From the NCBI RefSeq assembly GCF_008065095.1, contig NZ_CP042911.1:3780001-3812000 (forward strand): a stretch of DNA of 32,000 nucleotides, written 5' to 3'. The translations under genes were made by a program, and so were the position numbers. Shown one piece after another: positions 7,473 to 14,851 of the stretch (position 1 is the stretch's first letter; the number at the start of each line of letters is the position of its first letter). The DNA comes from Gemmata obscuriglobus. Lineage in GTDB: Bacteria; Planctomycetota; Planctomycetia; Gemmatales; Gemmataceae. The notes under the pieces were generated by a model that did not search any database, had not been told where the DNA came from, and worked only from the letters and a program-made list of their open reading frames with translations.

Positions 7473-8423
7473 TCATTCAACGAGTTCGAGCACCTGCGGC
7501 AGTTCGGTCACGAGCGCGTCGGGGCGGAGGGCCGGGTCTTTGAGCTGTTCCCCGGTCGCGGTGAGGCTGGCCTTGTCGCCGGCGAACAGGGCCGTGCGGA
7601 AGCCGTGCCGCTTCGCCGGGCCGATGTCACGCTCCAGGTTCGATCCGACGTGCAGAACCTGGGCGGGAACGAACCCGCGGCCCGCCGCCAGCTCGGCCGC
7701 CGCCTTGAACAGCGTGTCCGACGGCTTGCGGGCTTTCCGGTCGCTTGAAACGATCTGCATCGCGGCCGGGATGACGGCGCGCAACTCGAAGTCGGGGTTC
7801 TGCTGCCGCACGCAGCGCTCGAGTTGCGCGGCGGTGAAGCACTGCCCGTCCGCGAGTAACCCCTGGGCGACCCCGCGGGCGGCGAGTTGCGTGAGCGCGT
7901 CGGCCGCGCCCGGGTACGCGCCGGCCCCTTGAATGCTGGCGTGGTAGAAGTACGCGATCTTCTTGACGTATTCCGCGAGCGTTCCGTATTGCATCGCGTC
8001 GAACGTGTACTCTTTCTGCTGCAACTTTTTGACGATGTCGTCCCAGATCCGTTCGGTTTGAACCTCGGGGAACTTCTCGCCCCCCCCGCCGGTGAGCCGG
8101 AGGGTGCTGAACGCCTTGTTGAACAGCTCCCGCATGTACTCCGAGGGCGCCCCGGGCTTGCGGCTCATCGAGTTCCACATTTTGAACTCTTTGATCACCT
8201 TCTCGAGCGCCGCTGCGGTGATGAAGTCCTTTTCGTGCTCGAACTGGATGTCGCCCGTGGGGACGGAAACGAGCGTCCCGTACACGGTCCAGAACACGCA
8301 CTTGACGGGCATCGCTGTGAGAGACGGCTTGGCCTTGGGCGCGTCGACCTTGGGCGCCGGGGGCCACGGCAGGTCCGGACGGTCGTGGATCTTCTCGACG
8401 TACTGCTCGAGTGTGAGCGGCAT
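7473..8423 (-). CDS. HAD-superfamily-like protein with degenerate catalytic motifs
   Basis: This is a 316-aa ORF. Its C-terminal half has the HAD motif III/IV layout (RKARKPSDTLF, HVGSNLERDIGPAKRHGF). Motif I reads VFWTVYGTL instead of DxDGTL. Confidence 0.6.
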   Translation of the reverse strand: MPLTLEQYVEKIHDRPDLPWPPAPKVDAPKAKPSLTAMPVKCVFWTVYGTLVSVPTGDIQFEHEKDFITAAALEKVIKEFKMWNSMSRKPGAPSEYMRELFNKAFSTLRLTGGGGEKFPEVQTERIWDDIVKKLQQKEYTFDAMQYGTLAEYVKKIAYFYHASIQGAGAYPGAADALTQLAARGVAQGLLADGQCFTAAQLERCVRQQNPDFELRAVIPAAMQIVSSDRKARKPSDTLFKAAAELAAGRGFVPAQVLHVGSNLERDIGPAKRHGFRTALFAGDKASLTATGEQLKDPALRPDALVTELPQVLELVE

Positions 8424-8535
8424 GACCCGGCCCCGGCGGCAAGTTGCGGTCCGTCGTTGAGTTGCGCGTCAAGTTCGTAACGTAGCAGCCCGCGCCGGCG
8501 GAAGCAAGTTGCCAAACCGCGCCGCCGCGAGTTCG

Positions 8536-9009
8536 TTACTCGGGCGGCTCCGCAAATTCGTTCAACAGTGCCGTGTGCCGCTCGCCGGAGGCCGCGAGGT
8601 GAAACCGGCGTCGGTCCGCGCTCACGATTTCGATGGTGACACGGAGGTGCTCGCGCGGCAGTGCGGTCTCGACCTTGTCGGCCCACTCGATGACGCACAC
8701 GCCGTCGCCACGGAGGTACTCGTCCGCCCCGAGTTCGGCAAACTCGGTCGGCCCCGACAGGCGGTACGTGTCGAAGTGGTAAATCGGCAACCGGGCCGGG
8801 TATTCCTGGATCAGCACGAACGTGGGGCTGTTCACCGCGGCCGGGTTCTTGACCGACAACCCTTCGGCGATCGCCCGCGTGAGGTGGGTCTTGCCGGCCC
8901 CCATCTGACCCACCAGGGCCACCACGGCGCCCGGGAAGAGGAGGGTGCCGAGCTTCCGGCCGAAGGCTTCGGTCGCCGCGAGGTCGGCAATGTTGTGGGT
9001 GTGAGGCAT
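8536..9009 (-). CDS. tsaE: tRNA threonylcarbamoyladenosine biosynthesis ATPase TsaE
   Basis: It has the P-loop GQMGAGKTHLTR, the SPTF motif, and HFDTYRL. The 157-aa size is typical of YjeE/TsaE. Confidence 0.9.
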   Translation of the reverse strand: MPHTHNIADLAATEAFGRKLGTLLFPGAVVALVGQMGAGKTHLTRAIAEGLSVKNPAAVNSPTFVLIQEYPARLPIYHFDTYRLSGPTEFAELGADEYLRGDGVCVIEWADKVETALPREHLRVTIEIVSADRRRFHLAASGERHTALLNEFAEPPE

Positions 9010-9039
9010 GGGAGTTGGGCCAGCCGACGGGGGCGGAAC

Positions 9040-9093
9040 GGTGCCGGCGGTCGCGGGCTCGAAATTCGGTTCGAGCCCGCGACCGCCGGCACC
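9040..9093. repeat. Perfect 24-bp inverted repeat (54-nt hairpin) in the prfB-tsaE spacer
   Basis: GGTGCCGGCGGTCGCGGGCTCGAA (9040-9063) and its exact reverse complement TTCGAGCCCGCGACCGCCGGCACC (9070-9093) are separated by the 6-nt loop ATTCGG. Confidence 0.9.
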
Positions 9094-9115
9094 ATCTGCG
9101 GATCAGCGGAGCCGA

Positions 9116-10235
9116 TCACTTCGCTTTCACTTTGTTGCTTTTGGCCGCCTTGTGTCGCAAGTAGGCGTGCATGAACTGGTCGAAGTTGCCGTCGAGCACA
9201 TCGTTGACGGCGGGCGTCTTCACGTCGATACCGTCGCGCTCGTCGCGGACCAGCGTGTACGGCTGAAGCACGTAGCTGCGGATCTGGGAGCCGAACGCGA
9301 TTTCGCCCTTGGCGTCGTAGCTCTTCACCGCGTCGCCCATCCGCTTCTGCTCTTCGACGGCTTCGAGCCGGGTCTGAAGCATCTTCAACGCCTCGGCCTT
9401 GTTCTTGTGCTGGCTCCGGCCCATCCGGCACTCGGCCCGGATGCCCGATTTGTGGATGAGGCGCACGCCCGACTGCGTCTTGTTCACGTGCTGACCGCCC
9501 GGCCCGCCGGTGCTGAAGGTCTGCACCTCGTAGTCGGTGTCCTTGATGACGATCTCGATGTCGTCGGGCAGTTCGGGGAGCACGTCGATCGCCGCGAACG
9601 AGGTCTGGCGCGTGTCGCCGCCGCCGAACGGGCTGATGCGAACGAGCCGGTGGACGCCGATTTCCGACTGCATGTAGCCGTAGGCGTAGGGGCCGACGAT
9701 CTTGAACGACACGCTCGCGACGCCGGCCTCCTGGTTCGGCTCGATGTCCTCGTCCTCGACCGAAAACCCGTGCCGCTGCGCCCACCGCCCGTACGCGCGG
9801 AACAGCATCTCGGCGAAGTCGCACGCGTCGGTGCCGCCGGCACCGGGCTTGATCGTCACGATCGCGGACCGCGAGTCGTGCTTCCCGCCCATCATGATCT
9901 GAAGCTCGAACGCCTCGTACTGCGTTTCGGCCTTCTGGAGCGCGGGCTCCAGCTCGGACTCGAACGCGGCGTCCTCCTCGGCCAGCTCGGCCATCGCCTT
10001 GATGTCGTTCGCTGCGGCCGTCAGCTCTTCGTAGGGCTTGAGCAGCGCGTTACACACCTTCAACTGGCCGATGACGCTTTTGGCCTTCTCGGGGTTGTTC
10101 CAGAAGTCGCCCTCGGCCTGCTTGGCCTCGAGCTGGTCCCGCACCGCTGTTTTGCCAGCGATGTCAAAGAGAGTCTCGCACTTGGGTGAGCCGGGTGCAG
10201 AGTTCGTCGGTCCGGCGGCGCAGGTCCGGGTTCAT
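9116..10235 (-). CDS. prfB: Peptide chain release factor 2, requiring programmed +1 ribosomal frameshift (segments 10235..10167 and 10165..9116)
   Basis: Frame 0 encodes MNPDLRRRTDELCTRLTQVRDSL and ends at CTT TGA C (10169-10163). After a +1 shift the frame continues DIAGKTAVRDQLEAKQAEGDFWNNPEKA. The SPF motif (RISPFGGG) and GGQ motif (GGPGGQHVN) are present. Confidence 0.92.
10163..10169 (-). promoter_or_regulatory. RF2 autoregulatory +1 frameshift site CUU UGA C
   Basis: The exact heptamer CTTTGAC sits at codons 23-24 of prfB, and the downstream frame is open in +1. Confidence 0.9.
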
Positions 10236-10385
10236 CGCGGGATCGTCCTTCCGTATTGCGTGCGGTGCAACGGCCGCACGTCGAGTTAGACAGTAGCATA
10301 GCGAACGGGGTTCAGCGCCAGAAGGCCAGCCGGGGCGCCGAGGGGGGCTGAAGCCACGGGCGCTTGGTTCCAAACGAGTCGTCAC

Positions 10386-11120
10386 ATGAGCAAGCTCGCA
10401 AACAAGGTCGCGGTGGTCACGGGCGGCGGGTCGGGGGTCGGCAAGGCGACGGCCGCGCTGTTCCTGAGCGAAGGCGCCAAGGTGGTGATCGCCGGCCGCG
10501 ACGCGGCGAAACTCACTGCCGTCGCTCAAGAGCTTAACGCCGGCGCCGCCCTCGTCACGGCGCCGACCGATGTCACCAAACCGGACCAGTGCGCGGCGCT
10601 GATCGCGCTGGCGACCACGACGTTCGGCCGGGTCGACGTGCTGGTCAACAACGCCGGCACCAACATCAAAGACCGCACGCTCCGCGAACTCACACCCGAG
10701 TCGTGGGACATGATGATCCGCACGAACCTGGACGGCGCCTTCTACTGCACCAAGGCCGTTCTCCCGCAGATGCTCGAGCGCAAGGACGGCGTGATCGTGA
10801 ACGTGGTGAGCGTGGCCGGGAAGCGCGCGAACCCGCTCGGCGGGGCGGCCTACGTCGCCGCGAAGTTCGGGATGGGCGGGCTCGGCCTCGTGCTTTCGAA
10901 CGAGGAGAAGGACAGCGGCGTGCGGGTGAGCAACGTGTACCCGGGCGAGATCGACACGCCGATCCTGGCCGCCCGCCCCCGGCCGGTCACCGAGGAGCAG
11001 CGGTCGGTCATCCTGAAGCCCGAGGACGTGGCCGAGGCGGTGCTGTTCGTCGCCGGGCTGCCGCCCCGCGTGTCGATCCCCGAACTGGTTATCAAGCCGA
11101 CGGTGCAGATGTACTGGTAA
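10386..11120 (+). CDS. SDR family NAD(P)-dependent oxidoreductase
   Basis: Classical SDR motifs are present: TGGGSGVG (TGxxxGxG), NNAG, and YVAAKFG (YxxxK). Length is 244 aa. Confidence 0.9.
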   Translation: MSKLANKVAVVTGGGSGVGKATAALFLSEGAKVVIAGRDAAKLTAVAQELNAGAALVTAPTDVTKPDQCAALIALATTTFGRVDVLVNNAGTNIKDRTLRELTPESWDMMIRTNLDGAFYCTKAVLPQMLERKDGVIVNVVSVAGKRANPLGGAAYVAAKFGMGGLGLVLSNEEKDSGVRVSNVYPGEIDTPILAARPRPVTEEQRSVILKPEDVAEAVLFVAGLPPRVSIPELVIKPTVQMYW

Positions 11121-11573
11121 CGTCGAAGGGCCGGGGGCGAGCCTTTGCGCGTCGCGTAGGTGGGGAGCGGGCGGATGGCCACTGTGCGCGGAAGGGAATT
11201 TCGATTTTCAGCCTATTTTTTCTTTTGAGGGCATGTATAGTCAAATCAGCCGCAGGGGGCGGACCCCGGCGGCGAGGAAGATTTGGAACCGGTCTTCGCG
11301 TATGCGGTCTGGTCCTTCGGCGGATCGGCTTTGAAGCCTGGCGACAGCTCATCACTGCCTTGCGCACGCTCCCAAGCTCGTCGAGTTGGCCCGTTCCACT
11401 ACGCCACCTTCGCTCTCGACAGTCCCATTGCGATCCAACCTTACACATTCGCGGCGGGCTGCTGGTGCGGGCGGTGGATCTGTTTCTCCGCGTCTTCCCG
11501 GGAGCGATGCCGCTCTCGGTCCAGTTGAGTGCCCGGCCGGGTCGGTGAAGAAGCCCGGTCGGGGGGGAATGAC

Positions 11574-12008
11574 ATGGCGAGCAAGAATCTGTACGTCGGC
11601 AACCTGCCGTTCACGACAACGCAGGCGGATCTCGAGCAACTGTTCGGCAACTACGGCACGGTCACCAAGGCTCAGGTGGTCTCCGATCGTGAGACCGGCC
11701 GCAGCCGTGGGTTCGGGTTCGTTGAGATGTCCAGCGGGGCGGACGAGGCGATTGCCGCTCTGAACAACGCGGAATACCAGGGTCGGCGGCTCACGGTTAA
11801 CGAGGCCAAGCCCCGCGAAGAACGTCCCCGCGGTGGCGGCGGCGGGTACGGCGGCGGCGGCGGTGGGTACGGCGGGGGCGGTGGTGGTGGGTACGGCGGT
11901 GGCGGTGGGTACGGCGGTGGCGGCGGTGGCCGTCGCGGTGGTGGTGGCGGATACGGTGGCGGCGGCGGTGGGTACGGCGGCGGCGGCGGTCGTGGCGACC
12001 GCTACTAA
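11574..12008 (+). CDS. RRM-type RNA-binding protein with glycine-rich (GGYGGG)n C-terminal tail
   Basis: The ATG at 11574 lies within ORF 11529..12008. RNP2 is LYVGNL and RNP1 is RGFGFVEM. The C-terminus is made of GGGGYGGGGGGY repeats and RGG. Confidence 0.9.
   Translation: MASKNLYVGNLPFTTTQADLEQLFGNYGTVTKAQVVSDRETGRSRGFGFVEMSSGADEAIAALNNAEYQGRRLTVNEAKPREERPRGGGGGYGGGGGGYGGGGGGGYGGGGGYGGGGGGRRGGGGGYGGGGGGYGGGGGRGDRY
11832..11990 (+). repeat. In-frame GGN/TAC low-complexity tandem repeat encoding the Gly/Tyr tail
   Basis: GGCGGCGGCGGTGGGTAC-like units recur. This repeat generates the spurious Ala/Thr-rich minus-strand ORF 11352..12014. Confidence 0.85.
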
Positions 12009-12029
12009 CCACATCTGAACTGTTCGGAT

Positions 12030-12066
12030 CGGGTCGTGGCGGTTCCGCCGCGACCCGACTTGGTTT
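12030..12066 (+). terminator. Intrinsic terminator after the RRM gene
   Basis: CGGGTCGTGGCGG (12030-12042) pairs with CCGCCGCGACCCG (12045-12057), giving 12-13 bp with one G-U pair. It is followed by ACTTGGTTT and lies 22 nt after the stop codon. Confidence 0.6.
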
Positions 12067-12192
12067 AGAGGCGCTGCGCTTTTGCCCCTGACGCTGAGGC
12101 ACCCGCGTGGACAAATGTGGGATGTGGGTGCTGGCGTCTCGCCGGTCGGCCGGTTAGCATTTTTTCACGCCCCGATCCGATGGGAACCTGAC

Positions 12193-12780
12193 ATGCCCAC
12201 CTCCACGTTCGACACGGCACACCTGAACGATTGCCTTCAGCGCTGGCGCAACGGCGAACGTGAGGCGGCTGACGAACTGCTCAACTCCACGAAAGAGCGG
12301 CTCGAACGCTTGGTCCGTCGGATGTTTCGGGCGTTTCCGAATGTCCGCCCCTCTGCGGACGTTGGGGATGTGCTTCAGAACAGCATGGTTCGGCTCCTGC
12401 GCTCGCTCCGCACGATGCGCCCGGCAACGACGCGCGATTACTTCAACCTCGCGGCGGTGCACATTCGCCGCGAACTGCTCGACCTGGCCCGGCGGTGCAA
12501 GAGCAAGCCGTGTGTGTCGTTCGAATTCGCGGGCGTGACCGGATCGCGGCACGAACCGGCGGTCGAGGTGCCGGCTGATTTGGATTTCTGGGTTCGGTTC
12601 CATCAGGCGGTCGACGAACTCCCCTCCGAGGAACGCGAGGTTGTCGGGCTAATTTTTTATCACGGCTGGAAACAGGCGCAGATCGCGGAACTGTTCGGAG
12701 TCGACGAGCGGACCGTTCGGCGCCGCTGGCGGCGCGCCTGCGAGCACCTTCGCAAGCTGGTGGGCGACGACGGCCCGTGA
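12193..12780 (+). CDS. ECF-type RNA polymerase sigma factor (planctomycete/acidobacterial TIGR02999-like type)
   Basis: The ATG is at 12193. The N-terminus LNDCLQRWRNGEREAADELL...LVRRMFRAF resembles the Sigma70_ECF family opening. Region 4 HTH is LPSEEREVVGLIFYHGWKQAQIAELFGVDERTVRRRWRRA. Confidence 0.8.
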   Translation: MPTSTFDTAHLNDCLQRWRNGEREAADELLNSTKERLERLVRRMFRAFPNVRPSADVGDVLQNSMVRLLRSLRTMRPATTRDYFNLAAVHIRRELLDLARRCKSKPCVSFEFAGVTGSRHEPAVEVPADLDFWVRFHQAVDELPSEEREVVGLIFYHGWKQAQIAELFGVDERTVRRRWRRACEHLRKLVGDDGP

Positions 12781-12786
12781 CCGCGG

Positions 12787-14706
12787 CTACCGCACGAGCA
12801 CCCGCAGGTCTCCGGCCCGCCTGGTTAAGCCGATGCGGTCGAGGTACTCGCACACCGGCACCGCGTACTTTCGGGTGGTGCCGAGGAGGTCCCGGATCTC
12901 GGCCACCGTAGCACCGGGGCCGCCCGTCAAACGTTCCGTCACCCGCCGGCGCATCTCGGCCTCCGCTTCTGCGGAGAGGTAGAACTCGGAAGTGATGCGC
13001 ACGAGGAACCCCTCGGCGCACGCGACCTCGAAGATGTCACCGAGGGCCGCCGCGTTGCCGCCGGCCTGGTTCGCGAACTCCTTCGGCTCCGGCGGCGTGA
13101 ACCCGCTCGCCGCGTGCGCGTCCACGATCTTGTCTTTCAGCTTCCGCTGGTTCGCGCTCAGCTTCGGCTTGAAGTCGGCCCGGGCGATCCGCCGCGCGTC
13201 TCCGACGACCTTTTTCGCGCGGATCAGGCGGTCTGTGACCGCCTGGAGCAGTTGCTCGTCGCCGACGTAGTCGAGCCGGGCGAGCACCTTCTGCCGGTCG
13301 TGGTTGGTGACCAGCGGGTGATCGGCGTGCAGCACGGCGAGCGTACCGAGGATGCGCGTTTCCAGTTCCGCGATGCGGTCCGGGTGGACCAGAAGGGTGT
13401 GGTTGGCCGCGAGCGTGATCGGGGTCAGCTTCCCCGCGCTGATCAGCCCGCTTACCAGAAGTTCCACGTGCTCGGGCTCCGCGCCCGCGGCACGCACGAG
13501 GTCGTCCGGGGTGAGCCCGTGGAACTCGGCGAACCACGCCGTCGCGAGGGCTCGCGTTTCGGGGGCGTCCGACCACAAGCGCTCGATCTGCTCGATGGCC
13601 TCGGTGTGCCGCCGCCGCACCTTGGCGGCACTCGGCTGAAGCACCTGACCGCCGCCGAGCGTGCGCTCGGCCGACGAGTCGCGCACGACGAACGGTTGGC
13701 CCCACACGACGGTCACCGGGTCTTCGAGGAAAAGTTGGGCGAGCCCCCACTGACCGGGGGGAACAGTGTCGCAGTCGAGGAGCGAGACCGTCGCCATCAC
13801 TTCCGCCGTGCCGACGTGCAGCCGCACCGGGAGCCGGTGCTTGATCGCGTGCGGTCCGTCGGCCGGAACCGTGAGCCGCACGGTCACGACCTTGCTCGCG
13901 GCGAGGTAGCCGGGGCGGGCGAGTTCCTGCCCGCGCCGCACCGCCTCGTGCGGCACGCCCGCGAGGTTCACGGCGGCGCGCTGCCCGCGCCGCACCGCCT
14001 CCACCGGGCGGCCGTGGTTGTTCAGCCCGCGCACCCGCACCCGTTCCGAGGTGCCGTCCCCCTTGTGCCACTCCAGTTCGTCGCCGGTTGCTACCGAACC
14101 CGACACGATGGAACCGGTGACGACCGTGCCGTGCCCTTGAACAACGAACGCGCGGTCGATCGGCAGCCGCACCCATTCGGCCCCGGTGCGCTGTTGAACC
14201 GTGGCGCACAACCCCGCCAGCGCCGCGCGCAGTTCCGCAATGCCGAGGCCGGTGTGGGCGGAGGTGTGGACAATCGGCGCGTGTTCGAGGAACGAACCCT
14301 GAACCAGCTCGCGTAGTTCCAGCCCGACGACCTCGCGCGTGGTTTCGTCCACGAGGTCCGCCTTGGTGAGCGCGATCAGCCCGTATCGCACCCGGAGCAG
14401 TTTGAGGATTTCGAGGTGCTCGCGGGTTTGCGGCATGACCGAGTCGTCCGCGGCCACGACCAGCAGCGCGAGATCGATGCCGGTGGCACCCGCGAGCATG
14501 TTTTTGACGAACCGCTCGTGACCGGGCACGTCGACGATGCCGAGCCGGACGGCGCCGAGTTCCAGGTGCGCGAACCCGATGTCGATGGTGATGCCGCGGG
14601 CCTTTTCTTCCGGGAGCCGGTCGCAATCGATGCCGGTGAGCGCTTTGACCAGTGACGTCTTGCCGTGGTCGATGTGTCCGGCTGTGCCCAGGATCAGGTC
14701 GCGCAT
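12787..14706 (-). CDS. selB: Selenocysteine-specific translation elongation factor SelB
   Basis: The ATG at 14706 gives [17 protein letters not shown] (G1). DVPGHERF (G3) and TKADL (SelB-type G4) follow. The C-terminal winged-helix region ends in [26 protein letters not shown], typical of the SECIS-binding domain. Confidence 0.9.
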   Translation of the reverse strand: MRDLILGTAGHIDHGKTSLVKALTGIDCDRLPEEKARGITIDIGFAHLELGAVRLGIVDVPGHERFVKNMLAGATGIDLALLVVAADDSVMPQTREHLEILKLLRVRYGLIALTKADLVDETTREVVGLELRELVQGSFLEHAPIVHTSAHTGLGIAELRAALAGLCATVQQRTGAEWVRLPIDRAFVVQGHGTVVTGSIVSGSVATGDELEWHKGDGTSERVRVRGLNNHGRPVEAVRRGQRAAVNLAGVPHEAVRRGQELARPGYLAASKVVTVRLTVPADGPHAIKHRLPVRLHVGTAEVMATVSLLDCDTVPPGQWGLAQLFLEDPVTVVWGQPFVVRDSSAERTLGGGQVLQPSAAKVRRRHTEAIEQIERLWSDAPETRALATAWFAEFHGLTPDDLVRAAGAEPEHVELLVSGLISAGKLTPITLAANHTLLVHPDRIAELETRILGTLAVLHADHPLVTNHDRQKVLARLDYVGDEQLLQAVTDRLIRAKKVVGDARRIARADFKPKLSANQRKLKDKIVDAHAASGFTPPEPKEFANQAGGNAAALGDIFEVACAEGFLVRITSEFYLSAEAEAEMRRRVTERLTGGPGATVAEIRDLLGTTRKYAVPVCEYLDRIGLTRRAGDLRVLVR

Positions 14707-14851
14707 GGTCGTGTTCGTCCGTCGGCCGGGGAGGACGAGTATTCTACCGCGCACGCGGTGCGGACGAGCCGCGAGAGTTGCTGGCGTGGTCGGAACGAAC
14801 GACGCCGGTGAAGTGTCCCGCCCGGCACCGTTGCGAACGCGCTGACCGGTT

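Noticed and set aside
9008-10189. 393-aa plus-strand ORF antisense to prfB, and 330-aa ORF 8832..9824
   Set aside because: The minus-strand frame encodes RF2 with SPF and GGQ motifs, so these are shadows. The symmetric PAVAGS peptides in both ORFs simply reflect the 24-bp palindrome.
11832-11990. Possible CRISPR-like or other non-coding tandem repeat
   Set aside because: The repeat is in frame within the RRM gene and encodes the Gly/Tyr tail. There are no spacers, and the period of about 18-21 nt is far too short for a CRISPR array.
11352-12014. 220-aa minus-strand ORF rich in Ala/Thr/Pro
   Set aside because: It is the mirror image of the GGN-repeat region of the RRM gene and of GC-rich leader DNA. 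It has no motifs, whereas the plus-strand RRM reading has textbook RNP1/RNP2 motifs.
13037-14626. 529-aa alternative-frame ORF inside selB, and 400-aa antisense ORF 13114..14316
   Set aside because: The SelB frame carries the G1/G3/G4 GTPase motifs and the SECIS-binding C-terminus. The alternative frames are Arg/Ala/Gly-rich with no motifs.
14707-14851. tRNA-Sec (selC) next to selB
   Set aside because: The 145-nt spacer shows no cloverleaf-compatible stems or T-loop consensus, so no tRNA could be built.
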